Source: a virus
Length of the DNA: 64,000 nucleotides
Strand: one strand, 5' to 3'
Virus record (IMG/VR): IMGVR_UViG_3300042893_000684
Coordinates: 1-64,000 of that record
The translations under genes were made by a program, and so were the position numbers. Shown here one piece after another: positions 37,624 to 48,054 of this stretch (position 1 is its first letter; the number at the start of each line of letters is the position of its first letter). Below the pieces are notes generated by a model that was not told where the DNA came from, ran no database searches, and saw nothing but the letters and a program-made list of their open reading frames with translations.

Positions 37624-39423
37624 ATGTCATACAAAAATACAGTCTTAAACGACTTTCCAAACTCATTTTATTTATTAGATGAAGTAGAGTCTGGGCAAAT
37701 AGCAGACTACACCGAGCTATTATCACAGTTTGCTACATATCAAGATTTAAAAGATAGCGGATTAGTTTATGCACAATTAGGTGGAATCTCTGTTTACGAC
37801 TACTCTGGAAGCTTAAATAATGGATCTGCTTCTTCGACATCTTTAAGGCAAATAATGCCCTTGGTGGCGGGAGGAATAAGAGGAACAGAAATGTTGCCAC
37901 TTACTGAAATTACCTATAGCCCAAAAGGAATAGCAAACAAAAATTATAAAGATAATACTTTTTCAATAGAGGCCTGGGTTTTGCTTCCAGCATATAATGC
38001 TACTGCAACAGTTGTGGGAGACACGGCTACAGACACTGGAATATTCTATGAAAATGGTAATATTATATTTCAAGTAGGTGCCAATAAGGCAGAACATACA
38101 GTATCTAATTCTGAAGCAATTCATGTAGTAGGTATATTCCAAAGCAATCTTTTGTCTTTGTATGTCAACGGTATTTTGGTTGACACCACATCTGTAGATA
38201 ATTATAAATTTTTAAATGACATTGCAACATTTAAAAGTGGTCCTTCTACAGGAAAATTTGTAATAGACTCAGTAGGATTTTATAGGTATGCCTTATCACC
38301 TTCTCAGATTTTAAGTCATTACAATGAGGGTACAAAGGAAGTTAATGTATCTCAAATAGCGTCTATAGATGGCGGTTACCTTTTTAGCATGAACACAGAA
38401 TCTATGCAGCGCAAATTTTCATATACATATCCTGTATCAAAATTATGGAGCGAGCTAAATATTAATGGCCAGTATTTATCAAGTGATCAGTCTTCTGTAT
38501 ATATTCCAGAGGCAGTTGGGGCCAAGTCTTTTTCTTTCACAGATCATTTTATTGTACCAAATTACCTAGGGATTACTAGCTCACAGATACACTGGGAAAA
38601 TGACGTAAAAGGAATTTTAGTAGAGGCAAGCATAGACAACATAACATGGAGAACTTGCACAAATGGATCGCCATTGCCATACTTTAATAAAAACGATAAT
38701 CAAATTTCAGATATTATTTATCTAAGGGTAACTTTATCATCTGACGATGCCACCAGATATCTACCGATTTTAAAATCCCTAGACATTGCTTTTTACGGTT
38801 CAAAGAATTTCTACAGCGACAATTCTGGATATTATATATCTTCGAATTATGACTATTCTTTGCCAAAGACAAATAGCAAGACGTTGTCATATAATAAAAA
38901 CAATGGTCTTACTATGTATGACGGACACGGATTTTCTTTAAATAACGTCCCAGCAATTTCAACAGTAGAAGTTATATTTACCCCTCAGTACGACGACAAT
39001 GTTTTAGTGAGCGGATTAGCCAGTCGGTACGAGTGGAATAATGCGGGGGTCATAACAAAAGCAGGAATATCCTCAATCTATGTAAATGGTATAAATAGGA
39101 CATCCGCAGTAAACGTATGGGACTTCATGGCTGTAAATACGCCTCACCATATAATCATTGAATTTACATCGGCAGACAGCAACCTTAAGTTTAATCAAAA
39201 TCAAAATGACTCCAAGTCTGGATCTGGGCATATGTATAACAATCTTGCCGTATATGAAAATGCATTACCGCTATCTTCTAAGCTTAATCACTACTTGCTA
39301 TATACGGGAAATATCGTAAATCAAATAAATGACACCGCTTTTGGAATTGAAGAGTCCGCCCTAGGTGAAGATTTGACCCCGTTCTTTATAACTGTGGTAG
39401 AGCCAGAGTCAGTTAGCCTATAA
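37624..39423 (+). CDS. LamG/ConA-domain virion protein
   Basis: Y...VL.D.P...Y.LDE; FSIEAW; HVVG......LYVNG; YALS..QI..HY. Confidence 0.7.
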   Translation: MSYKNTVLNDFPNSFYLLDEVESGQIADYTELLSQFATYQDLKDSGLVYAQLGGISVYDYSGSLNNGSASSTSLRQIMPLVAGGIRGTEMLPLTEITYSPKGIANKNYKDNTFSIEAWVLLPAYNATATVVGDTATDTGIFYENGNIIFQVGANKAEHTVSNSEAIHVVGIFQSNLLSLYVNGILVDTTSVDNYKFLNDIATFKSGPSTGKFVIDSVGFYRYALSPSQILSHYNEGTKEVNVSQIASIDGGYLFSMNTESMQRKFSYTYPVSKLWSELNINGQYLSSDQSSVYIPEAVGAKSFSFTDHFIVPNYLGITSSQIHWENDVKGILVEASIDNITWRTCTNGSPLPYFNKNDNQISDIIYLRVTLSSDDATRYLPILKSLDIAFYGSKNFYSDNSGYYISSNYDYSLPKTNSKTLSYNKNNGLTMYDGHGFSLNNVPAISTVEVIFTPQYDDNVLVSGLASRYEWNNAGVITKAGISSIYVNGINRTSAVNVWDFMAVNTPHHIIIEFTSADSNLKFNQNQNDSKSGSGHMYNNLAVYENALPLSSKLNHYLLYTGNIVNQINDTAFGIEESALGEDLTPFFITVVEPESVSL

Positions 39424-39485
39424 TTTTGTCCACCTCTTGTGCAAACTCTAGACTTTAGCACAGAATAATGGTATGATTTATGTCT

Positions 39486-39827
39486 ATGGATATTAATAAA
39501 GCTAAATATAACATTAATGAAGAAGAATCGATTCTAGGCATATACGTATGGGAGATGCCTGACGGTAGATGGATTGGAGACGACGATGGGAACTTTCTTT
39601 CAGTCACGTCCAAAAAAGGAAATAGATCCAACATCGATGCTTTGGCTAGAGAAGTTCGCTCATTTGGCATATATGAGGGCGGGCCTAAATTTCTTTCAGC
39701 AAGAAGAAAGATTGACGACGAAGAATTCCAGCATCAAAAGCAAAGACTTGACTGGGGACTAGTTCCTGATCCATATGATATCGGAAACTATAAAGACGAA
39801 ATGAAAAAAATAGGTGGTTTAAGATGA
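39486..39827 (+). CDS. Conserved hypothetical protein upstream of portal (start at 39480 or 39486)
   Basis: Promoter TAGACT-N17-TATGAT at 39449-39477; ATGA overlap with portal. Confidence 0.7.
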   Translation: MDINKAKYNINEEESILGIYVWEMPDGRWIGDDDGNFLSVTSKKGNRSNIDALAREVRSFGIYEGGPKFLSARRKIDDEEFQHQKQRLDWGLVPDPYDIGNYKDEMKKIGGLR

Positions 39828-41407
39828 CAGTAGAATTTCTCGGTGAAGATAATTCAGAAAACATTATCGACATATCAAATACAGCGGATTGGTTTTCTTT
39901 TAAAAAGGATGAAAAAAACAACGACCCGTTTGCAATAGGCCTAGAAGACATCAAAAAGCTTAGAGGTCTCGGGTCATCATTTAAGCGTAGAATTAATAGA
40001 GAGTTTTCTAAATCATTCTCAGGCATTGAAGATACTGGAACACAACAAAACCTATTGGCACAAGCAATTAGCGGATACGCTATGTTTGATCTTATTGAGC
40101 CTCCATACAACCAAGAGTATCTTTCAAAGATTTATGAAATTTCAACATATAACTATGCAGCAATTAATGCAAAGGTTGCCAATATTGTTGGCCTAGGTTA
40201 TGACTTTATTGAAACAAAGAAAACAAATGATGCCTTTGATTCAATAACAGATGACAAACAGCTTGAGAGGGCACGTAGAAAGCTAAATAAGCTTCGTCAA
40301 GATCTACACGCTTGGCTAGATACAACGAATACTGAAGATACATTTACACAAACATTAATTAAGGTTTACACAGATCTTGAAGCAACAGGAAACGGTTACC
40401 TTGAAATAGGAAGAACAACAGGCGGAGACATTGGGTACATTGGGCATATCCCAGCAAAGACAATGCGTGTTCGCAGACTTAGAGATGGCTTCATTCAGCT
40501 GCTGTATGGCAAGGCTGTATTCTTTAATAACTTCGGCGAGAATGAAACAGAGAACCCAATCGCTGGTCAAGAAGATCGCCCAAATGAAATTATTCATTTT
40601 AAGAAGTACACACCAATGAATAACTATTATGGAATTCCAGACATCATTGCAGCACAGGTAGCCCTTGCTGGAAATGAATTATCTGGCCGTTACAATCTAG
40701 ACTACTTTGAAAACAAAGCGGTCCCAAGATATATTATTACAGTTAAGGGAGCAAAGCTTTCTCCAGAGTCAGAAAGAAAATTGCTTGAATTTTTCCAAGT
40801 TGGATTAAAGGGAAAGAATCACAGATCCCTATATGTTCCACTTCCAGCAGATAGCCCAGACTCAAAAGTTGAATTTAAAATGGAGCCTATTGAAGCGGGT
40901 AATCAAGAAGGATCATTTGAGAAATATCGTAAATCAAATAGAGACGAAATTCTACTTGCCCACCGTGTTCCAATTAATAAAATAGGAACTCCAGAGGGGG
41001 TTAATTTAGCGGTAGCCAGAGATGCTGATAAGACATTTAAAGAGCAGGTTTGCCGACCAGCTCAAATGACCCTGGAGAAAAAAATTAATGCAATATTTGA
41101 TGAAAAAACAGATGCCTTGACTTTAAAGTTTAATGAATTAACTTTAACTGATGAAGACACTCAATCTCAAATAGATGAAAGATATTTAAGAATGCAGGTA
41201 ATTACTCCAAATGAAGTTAGAATTAGAAAAGGAATGATACCTGTTGAAGGCGGAGATAAAATGGTTGAATTAAAGCCCCAAGAGGCTGCTGATCAAAAAG
41301 CAACCGCTGGGAAAACCAGGGCCCGAGATTCCGAAAGATCCGCATCCTCCTCAGATAAAGTGGGAGAAGGCCGAAATGCCAAAGGCGAAGGAAGACGGGT
41401 CGACTAA
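39824..41407 (+). CDS. Portal protein
   Basis: D.E.TGNGY.E, EIIHF.......YYG.P, YF.N...P, EI..AHRVP, ITPNEVR...G..P..GGD. Confidence 0.9.
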   Translation: MTVEFLGEDNSENIIDISNTADWFSFKKDEKNNDPFAIGLEDIKKLRGLGSSFKRRINREFSKSFSGIEDTGTQQNLLAQAISGYAMFDLIEPPYNQEYLSKIYEISTYNYAAINAKVANIVGLGYDFIETKKTNDAFDSITDDKQLERARRKLNKLRQDLHAWLDTTNTEDTFTQTLIKVYTDLEATGNGYLEIGRTTGGDIGYIGHIPAKTMRVRRLRDGFIQLLYGKAVFFNNFGENETENPIAGQEDRPNEIIHFKKYTPMNNYYGIPDIIAAQVALAGNELSGRYNLDYFENKAVPRYIITVKGAKLSPESERKLLEFFQVGLKGKNHRSLYVPLPADSPDSKVEFKMEPIEAGNQEGSFEKYRKSNRDEILLAHRVPINKIGTPEGVNLAVARDADKTFKEQVCRPAQMTLEKKINAIFDEKTDALTLKFNELTLTDEDTQSQIDERYLRMQVITPNEVRIRKGMIPVEGGDKMVELKPQEAADQKATAGKTRARDSERSASSSDKVGEGRNAKGEGRRVD

Positions 41408-41424
41408 GTCCACTCAACTGTTAT

Positions 41425-41453
41425 TTGCTTTATAGTCTATAACACTATAAAAT
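41425..41453 (+). promoter_or_regulatory. Promoter TTGCTT-N17-TAAAAT
   Basis: Same architecture recurs at 47100-47128. Confidence 0.6.
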
Positions 41454-41460
41454 TAAGCAT

Positions 41461-42813
41461 ATGAACATTGAAAAGTCTTTATGGACCAGTAACGGCAACG
41501 TTATTAATTTGTCGGTTCCTTTTACTAAAGTTAACCGTGAAAAGAGAACCGTATCTGGATTCGCAACCCTAGACAATGTTGATCAGACTGGTGATGTTGT
41601 AACAGCAGAATCAAGTCTCAAGGCATTCGAAAATTTCCGTGGGAATATTCGTGAAATGCACGGATCAAATGCGGTAGGAAAGATGGTTTCATTTAAGCCA
41701 GAAACTTTTTATGATCCAAAGTCAAAAGAGTTCTTCAACGGAGTGTATGTAGATGCATACATCTCAAAGGGCGCACAAGACACCTGGGAGAAAGTTCTAG
41801 ACGGAACTCTATCTGGATTCTCAATCGGCGGAAAGATTCTTGAGTCAGACAATGAAGTTAACAAGGCAAACGGTAAGACCGTAAGATTTATTAAGAACTA
41901 TGAACTAATTGAACTTTCTATTGTTGATTCACCAGCAAATGAACTTTGTAACATTCTTTCTATTCAGAAAGTAAATGGACAATACATTGCTAAGGGAATT
42001 GCAGTAGGTGTAGTAACTGAAAACATATTTTACTGTGCAGACAGTGATTCTGTTTTTATCTCAACAGATAAAACATACGACTCTCCAGTATCTGGAAAGC
42101 CAGCAGAATTAATAGGATGGGTTGAAAGCTCAGACGTTAATAAAGCAAAAGAGATAGATAAGATTCTTGATGCATATAAGCATTCAAGATTTACGTTGCC
42201 TGAAACACAAACAATTGCAAAACAGGCAAACGCAGAAGGAGGTAATGAAATGTCAGATAATACAGAAAACGTAGTTGTCGAAGATGTTGCAGTAGAGGCA
42301 CCAGCCGAAGCAGTAGCAGAAGAAGCAGCCGTTGAAGATACAGCAGTAGTTGCAGATGATGCAGCTCCAGCTGAAGCTCCTGCAGAAGCAGTAGCAGAAG
42401 ACGTTCCTGCCGAGACTCTGGAAAAAGCAGCCGAAGTATCAGAAGATAAGGTTGATGAACCTGATTTTGCGAAGATGTTAGGCGATCTAAAAGGCTTTTT
42501 CTCAGAAACTCTAAACAAGGCATCTGAAGCAAATGCAGCACAAGTAACAACAATCCAAACGACTGTTGAAGCTTTCAGCAAGAGCGTAGATGCTAGAATT
42601 TCAGAGTTGGCAGAACAACACACAGCACTTTCAAGCGCTGTAAATAACATCAAGAGCACGATTGATGGTGTACAAAAGCGTGTCGACGCAGTAGAATCAG
42701 AGACTGCATTTAAGAAGTCTTCAGATCTTGGCCGATCAGAAGAAGCAACAACAATCAAAAAATCTAAATGGAACGGTTCTTTCCTCGGTTCCGTAAACGA
42801 AATATTCAACTAA
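41461..42813 (+). CDS. Prohead protease fused to scaffolding domain
   Basis: V.G.A....D..GD, REMH, W..V..G...GFSIGG, ELS.VD.PAN; acidic Ala/Glu linker and coiled-coil C-terminus. Confidence 0.85.
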   Translation: MNIEKSLWTSNGNVINLSVPFTKVNREKRTVSGFATLDNVDQTGDVVTAESSLKAFENFRGNIREMHGSNAVGKMVSFKPETFYDPKSKEFFNGVYVDAYISKGAQDTWEKVLDGTLSGFSIGGKILESDNEVNKANGKTVRFIKNYELIELSIVDSPANELCNILSIQKVNGQYIAKGIAVGVVTENIFYCADSDSVFISTDKTYDSPVSGKPAELIGWVESSDVNKAKEIDKILDAYKHSRFTLPETQTIAKQANAEGGNEMSDNTENVVVEDVAVEAPAEAVAEEAAVEDTAVVADDAAPAEAPAEAVAEDVPAETLEKAAEVSEDKVDEPDFAKMLGDLKGFFSETLNKASEANAAQVTTIQTTVEAFSKSVDARISELAEQHTALSSAVNNIKSTIDGVQKRVDAVESETAFKKSSDLGRSEEATTIKKSKWNGSFLGSVNEIFN

Positions 42814-42826
42814 GGTAGGTATAAAA

Positions 42827-43876
42827 ATGAGCAATGAAACATTAGAAAAGGCCGTAGCAGCTGGTACTCAGGTATCAACAGGATTCGGTTCAGCAACTGG
42901 TGGAACAGGAGTACACGTAGCGTCTGAAAATGGCAACGGTGGACTACTCAACCCAGAGCAGTCTGCTCGCTTCCTTGATTATATGTTCGACGCAACCGTT
43001 ATCGGTAAGGTCGCACGTACAGTTCGTATGAAGTCAGACACAGCCGAGATTGACCGTATGTCCGTTGGTGAGAAGCTTATGAAGCTTGCAACCGAGGCAG
43101 ACAACACTGGTGTAAATGCACCAGTAACTTTCTCAAAAATCTCTTTAACAACAAAGAAACTCCGCATGGACTGGGAGCTTTCAACAGAGTCTCTAGAAGA
43201 TAACATCGAAGGTGCAGATCTAGAAGATCACATTGCACGTTTGATGGCAACACAAGCAGGAAATGACATCGAAGATGTTATTCTTAACGGTGACACACTT
43301 CTAACAGCAGACGGTCTTTACAAGTCATTCGATGGCGTTGTAAAGAAGGCAAAGGCATCAGGCCGTGTCGTAGACGCAGCAGGAGCCGCAGTATCACGTG
43401 AAGTATTCAACAAGGCACTTAAGGCTATGCCACGTAAGTACAAGCAACGTCGTGGAGACCTTCGCTTCCTTGCTGGATCAAACTTGATTCAGGATTTCCT
43501 ATATGCTAACAGCATTGGAACAAACCAAACAATTCCACAAGATATCGCTTCAAGCGTTATCCGTGGTGGAGTTGCACCACTAGGTGGACCAGCAGGATAC
43601 GTGGCACCATTCGCATTCGGTATTCCGATTGTTGAAGTTCCACTTCTTAATGAAACACAGACTGGTACATACGCAACACCAACAGGTTCACACGGAGATA
43701 TCCACTTGACATTCCCAAATAACGTAGTTATTGGTATCAAGCGTGACGTAACCGTTTACCGCTTCTTCCAGCCACGTAAGGACACAATCGAGTACACAAT
43801 GTATACTCGTGTTGGAGTTCAAATCGAGCAGGCAGACGCTTGGGTAGTTGTAAAGAACGTTAAGGTTGCTTCTTAA
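42827..43876 (+). CDS. Major capsid protein (HK97-like)
   Basis: GGLL.PEQ..F, LEDNIEG, D.E....NGD; follows the protease; strongly biased codon usage. Confidence 0.9.
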   Translation: MSNETLEKAVAAGTQVSTGFGSATGGTGVHVASENGNGGLLNPEQSARFLDYMFDATVIGKVARTVRMKSDTAEIDRMSVGEKLMKLATEADNTGVNAPVTFSKISLTTKKLRMDWELSTESLEDNIEGADLEDHIARLMATQAGNDIEDVILNGDTLLTADGLYKSFDGVVKKAKASGRVVDAAGAAVSREVFNKALKAMPRKYKQRRGDLRFLAGSNLIQDFLYANSIGTNQTIPQDIASSVIRGGVAPLGGPAGYVAPFAFGIPIVEVPLLNETQTGTYATPTGSHGDIHLTFPNNVVIGIKRDVTVYRFFQPRKDTIEYTMYTRVGVQIEQADAWVVVKNVKVAS

Positions 43877-43897
43877 TTAATTTAAGATAAAACCCTC

Positions 43898-43935
43898 GAA
43901 AGGCCCCTAATTAATTTTAGGGGCTTTTCATTTTA
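43898..43935 (+). terminator. Intrinsic terminator after the capsid gene
   Basis: GAAAGGCCCCTAA-loop-TTAGGGGCTTTTC plus T-rich tail. Confidence 0.85.
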
Positions 43936-43978
43936 ATTTATCAATGCTATAATTGAAGAACCTAACAAAGGAGATAAT

Positions 43979-44386
43979 ATGTCATTTGAGACATTGAAGG
44001 TCGCAGAACTCAGAAAAATTGCAGAGGACTTTGCAGTTGATACTGATGGAATTAAGAGTAAGGCAGATATCGTTGCCGCCCTTGCAGAAGAGGGAGTTAC
44101 ATGGTCTGTCTATCAAAAAACTATTAAAGATATCGAAGACGCAACAGATGAATTTAACGAAGACGCAGAAGAGATTCTTCCTAGATTTAGCCTAGATGCT
44201 CAGCCAGAAGATACGGTTCTAGTTCGAATGACTAGAGAAAACTTCAGATACGATATCATTGGATTTACATTTACAAAAGAGCACCCTTTTATTGCAATGA
44301 CAGAAGAAAATGCTCAAGAAATTTTTGATAAGGAGGAGGGCTTTAGATTAGCAACTCCAAAGGAAGTTCAGGAGTATTACAACTAA
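43979..44386 (+). CDS. Protein with N-terminal Rho-N/HeH-like motif
   Basis: LKVAELRKIA........KADIVAAL; own TGCTATAAT promoter at 43945-43953. Confidence 0.6.
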   Translation: MSFETLKVAELRKIAEDFAVDTDGIKSKADIVAALAEEGVTWSVYQKTIKDIEDATDEFNEDAEEILPRFSLDAQPEDTVLVRMTRENFRYDIIGFTFTKEHPFIAMTEENAQEIFDKEEGFRLATPKEVQEYYN

Positions 44387-44400
44387 TCTAAGCTTATAAA

Positions 44401-45387
44401 ATGGCAGAGATATATGTAAACAGCAATTCACCGATCAGAACAAAGATCTACTGGGAGGGTGAATTAGCATCCCCTACGGGTAACGTAACGGCAAAGGTTT
44501 ATGACATTACTCAAAACCCTGCTAACGTTATATCTTCTACCAATTTATTACTTACTCTAACAGGAACAGCCGTTGAAACAGATGTCGGCACATATCAAGT
44601 TGTGCTACCGTTTTCCTATTCTGCATATCCCAGAAAGCTAAAGCTCGTCTGGGAATACGCAGTAGCTGGATCAACAGTGGGAACTCATACAACTTATGTG
44701 AATGTTGTAACCCCATACGTTTCTATCAATGAGCAAATAGATGAATTAAACTTTGGGTCGGATCCAAGTGATCCTAACTACAAGACATACTCAGACCTCC
44801 AGATGGCTGAGAGATATGCAAGAAAATTAATTGAAGAATACACTCAGCAAGAATTCTACCTGTATCCAGACACAAAGATTATATACGGAGACGAATCAGA
44901 TACTCTACCCCTATCATCTAAAATAAATCGGATATACCAGATTTATTCTAACGATATACTTCTTGTAGATAACCTTGCTACACCAAAGGTAAACAACTGG
45001 CTATATGACCCAATTGTTTCAGAAACAGGTTTTGGAATAAGAGTTAATAGAGTAAACCTATTAGACAATTCAGTATATGTTGCAAATGGTTTAGTTCCTC
45101 CAACAATTAATGATACATATAATGGAGTCTTTTCTAAGAACGTTAAGTATAAGATCGTTGGCGAATTTGGATGGGATTTAGTTCCCGCTCAAGTGCAGAT
45201 GGCAACAGTTGAACTAATGAAAGACTATTTCTCAAAGGACAAAGTCTGGAGAAATAAGTACATTAAATCCATTAAGACATTTGACTGGAGTTTTGAATAT
45301 AACAGCTCAGCATCAAAAGGAACTGGCAATCTATATGCAGATCAATTGCTTGCTCCACATGTTATATCTCAAATGGTCCTTATCTAA
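44401..45387 (+). CDS. Head-tail adaptor/neck protein
   Basis: A...IE.YT.Q.F, G.FGW..VP..V..A, TGN...D.LL; position after the capsid gene. Confidence 0.7.
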   Translation: MAEIYVNSNSPIRTKIYWEGELASPTGNVTAKVYDITQNPANVISSTNLLLTLTGTAVETDVGTYQVVLPFSYSAYPRKLKLVWEYAVAGSTVGTHTTYVNVVTPYVSINEQIDELNFGSDPSDPNYKTYSDLQMAERYARKLIEEYTQQEFYLYPDTKIIYGDESDTLPLSSKINRIYQIYSNDILLVDNLATPKVNNWLYDPIVSETGFGIRVNRVNLLDNSVYVANGLVPPTINDTYNGVFSKNVKYKIVGEFGWDLVPAQVQMATVELMKDYFSKDKVWRNKYIKSIKTFDWSFEYNSSASKGTGNLYADQLLAPHVISQMVLI

Positions 45388-45815
45388 TGTATGATCTTGT
45401 CGACTCCGTTCTTCCAATGCTTATTGATGTATATAGGCAATTTGAAACACAGGACCCAGCGACGGGATCTTTAAAGAAAGACTGGCAATTTAATAGAACA
45501 GTTGCATGCAGCGCAAAAGGAACTATTAGTAATTCTACAGCCAGCAGATCTGGAGACAAGCAGACCTTTTCAAACAAATATGTTAATGAGCAGATGATTC
45601 AAATAAGAACTACATCCAAATTAGTATTTAACGAAAAGGTTACAAACATTAGAAATTTAGACGGAACTGTTATTTGGGAAGAGATTAACTTTCCAAGCAA
45701 CACGCCAACAGTATTTGAAGTAATGGGAGTTACTCCAATTACAGAGCCGATGGGCGGAATTATTGGTTACAATACAACCGTTAAAAGATCGGAGAATCAG
45801 GTAATTGGACAGTAG
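45387..45815 (+). CDS. Head closure/stopper protein
   Basis: Size, synteny, QD..TG...K.W. Confidence 0.6.
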   Translation: MYDLVDSVLPMLIDVYRQFETQDPATGSLKKDWQFNRTVACSAKGTISNSTASRSGDKQTFSNKYVNEQMIQIRTTSKLVFNEKVTNIRNLDGTVIWEEINFPSNTPTVFEVMGVTPITEPMGGIIGYNTTVKRSENQVIGQ

Positions 45816-46593
45816 CGTAGCATTATTACAAACAGCCAGCGGTCTTGAAAGATTGATGGCAGGATCAGTTCCAGGAGTAATAAAAGATAGCACCGTGGCT
45901 CAAGTATCTGCATTTTTGTATTATGAAGCAGCTGTTATTGCCAAGCTAACAACAAATGCTGAATTTAAAAATTTATTTAAAACAACCATATTTAATCAAA
46001 TAGAAAAAGATTTTGGTCAGTACGTTGATGCCCAAGCAAGAGTAAAGCCTAAAAGCCTTCACCATGTATACGAGTGGAATAAAACTGGCAACCCAACAGC
46101 AAGGCTTTTCAACCTATATCTAATAGATTCTGAAGGCCTTTCATTTAGAGTAGGCCGTGATTTTAAACTATCTAAATCAACAGTACCGTCTAAAAATAAA
46201 AAACAAAAGAATAGATATGTATTTGCTAATAAAGCTTCCGTAATGGAAGAAGGAATGCCCATAGTAATTCGACCAAGATCCGCAGAACGCCTAGTATTTG
46301 AATTAGATGGTGCAACAGTCTTTATGCCCAAAGGCACCTCAGTTACAGTCAAGAGGCCAGGAGGCAAGGCTGCAACAAATCAATTTGCACTCACATACGG
46401 AAGATTCTTTGGAGGTCAACCAGTAAACTCCTCAATAAAGTCTTCAGGGTTTCAAAGAATATTTAATGCTAAGATTGCAAGAGCATTGAGTGTACCAACT
46501 AATATTAAAAAGGTGCAGTATAGCTTCAGTGCTGGTAAAATAAGAGTGCAGGCAGATGCAGCATTAAGCTCATCATTTGGAGGGTCACTATGA
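45805..46593 (+). CDS. Neck/tail-completion protein (TTG start)
   Basis: Basic protein, HHVYEW and ME.G..I.I.P motifs; synteny. Confidence 0.55.
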   Translation: MDSSVALLQTASGLERLMAGSVPGVIKDSTVAQVSAFLYYEAAVIAKLTTNAEFKNLFKTTIFNQIEKDFGQYVDAQARVKPKSLHHVYEWNKTGNPTARLFNLYLIDSEGLSFRVGRDFKLSKSTVPSKNKKQKNRYVFANKASVMEEGMPIVIRPRSAERLVFELDGATVFMPKGTSVTVKRPGGKAATNQFALTYGRFFGGQPVNSSIKSSGFQRIFNAKIARALSVPTNIKKVQYSFSAGKIRVQADAALSSSFGGSL

Positions 46594-47099
46594 CAGTAGA
46601 TTATAAAATAGACGCAATGTTTGAGCTTCGCAAGTTCTTGTGGACCCAATTAAAACTTACTGGACTATTTGATCCAGACGACTACTACTCAGATAATCTA
46701 GGATCTGAGATAGTACCTATTATTCCAGTTCAGCAATTACCAGAAATGGATCAATTCCTAAACGGTAAAAAGCATATCGTATATGACAAGATCGGAATGT
46801 CCTATGAAGAGAACTGGCTGATATGCTGCGAAAAGGTTTTGTTTACCATATACTCAACAGATATAACAGAGATATATGAGATAAGAAACCTAATGACTGA
46901 CCTGTTTAGAAGAATGGACGAATCTGCAAAAGATGTCAATTCTTTAAAGACCACCAACAAATTAATTTTCCACAGCATTCATATTACAGAAACTTCTCCA
47001 ATTGACCCATCCCTTGAACTTCAGGGCTTTTTGTCATCAGACGTAATACTAGAGGTCAAGTACTCCAGAGTCACCGACGGACTAGGTAGATTTGCCTAG
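46590..47099 (+). CDS. Tail terminator protein
   Basis: Acidic ~170 aa protein directly upstream of the tail tube gene. Confidence 0.55.
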   Translation: MTVDYKIDAMFELRKFLWTQLKLTGLFDPDDYYSDNLGSEIVPIIPVQQLPEMDQFLNGKKHIVYDKIGMSYEENWLICCEKVLFTIYSTDITEIYEIRNLMTDLFRRMDESAKDVNSLKTTNKLIFHSIHITETSPIDPSLELQGFLSSDVILEVKYSRVTDGLGRFA

Positions 47100-47128
47100 T
47101 TGCTTTTAAAGGGTTAATCCAGTAAAAT
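47100..47128 (+). promoter_or_regulatory. Promoter TTGCTT-N17-TAAAAT for the major tail gene
   Basis: Identical hexamers to 41425-41453. Confidence 0.65.
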
Positions 47129-47212
47129 TGGACATAAGAGGAAATGAGCCTAGCCAGCTTGATTTAAAGTAAGTCAATATATATATATTTATTTAACAGG
47201 AGGTTTTACAAC

Positions 47213-47950
47213 ATGGCACAAAATATTGGTAATGCTAGAAATATTCTTGTCGGTGCGTCTCCACTGTTTCTTTCAGTAACAGACATCACCAGCCCAGATT
47301 ATGTAGTTTCTGCACCAGCAGGAACACTAAACGCATTTGCAGCAAACAAGAATAAGACAGTCCCAGCATTTAAAACAGGAGAGTCTTACACAGATTCTTT
47401 GAACAAGGTTGATGTTACAACAGCAGCAACTGGTGCGGTATCACCAGCCCTTGACACAAAGGGTGCATTTTACCGTAACGTAGGTTACACAAATAACGGT
47501 CTTCAGGTTACATACAACCCATCATACGGTTCAGTAACAGTAGATCAGCTTCTTGATACAGCAAAGCTTTTCAAGGAGTCAATGGAAGTTATGATCGCAA
47601 CAGAAATGGCAGAAGGTACTCTTGAGAACGTTCTTGCCGTATTTGGTCAGAAGTCAGATACACTTACAGATTCTGGTAAGAAGCTAGGTATCGCAGGTGG
47701 AGCTCTTGGTGAAGCACCAACAGAGCGTCAGCTAATTGCAGTTGGTCAAGCACCAACTTCAACAACAGATACTGCAACTGAGCGTGTATATTATGCACGT
47801 CGTGTTCTTTCTGTACAACAGTCACAGTTCTCTTTGGCTCGTAACGCAGCATCAACATTCCCAGTAACATTCCGTTTGCTACCATCAGGTGATTCATCAC
47901 ACGTAGGTCAGGAATATGGTTTCATCGTAGACCGTGTTCTATCAGTGTAA
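47213..47950 (+). CDS. Major tail tube protein
   Basis: NI.VGA, VGYT..G....Y.P....VDQ, E.TLEN, FPVTFRLLP; high-expression codons; followed by a terminator. Confidence 0.85.
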   Translation: MAQNIGNARNILVGASPLFLSVTDITSPDYVVSAPAGTLNAFAANKNKTVPAFKTGESYTDSLNKVDVTTAATGAVSPALDTKGAFYRNVGYTNNGLQVTYNPSYGSVTVDQLLDTAKLFKESMEVMIATEMAEGTLENVLAVFGQKSDTLTDSGKKLGIAGGALGEAPTERQLIAVGQAPTSTTDTATERVYYARRVLSVQQSQFSLARNAASTFPVTFRLLPSGDSSHVGQEYGFIVDRVLSV

Positions 47951-47968
47951 TTAATTTAATTAATTAAT

Positions 47969-47998
47969 AGAGCCCCCCAAGAAATTGGGGGGTTTTCT
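47969..47998 (+). terminator. Intrinsic terminator
   Basis: GCCCCCCAA-GAAA-TTGGGGGGT followed by TTTCT. Confidence 0.85.
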
Positions 47999-47999
47999 A

Positions 48000-48028
48000 T
48001 TGCTCTTGTATTTTGAATATGATACAAT
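48000..48028 (+). promoter_or_regulatory. Promoter TTGCTC-N17-TACAAT with extended TG
   Basis: Sits immediately after the terminator, ahead of the tail chaperone. Confidence 0.6.
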
Positions 48029-48054
48029 AATTAAGACGATCCTAGGAGGATTAA

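Noticed and set aside
42030-42809. 259-aa antisense ORF opposite the protease/scaffold gene
   Set aside because: It mirrors the low-complexity Ala/Glu linker and has no independent signals.
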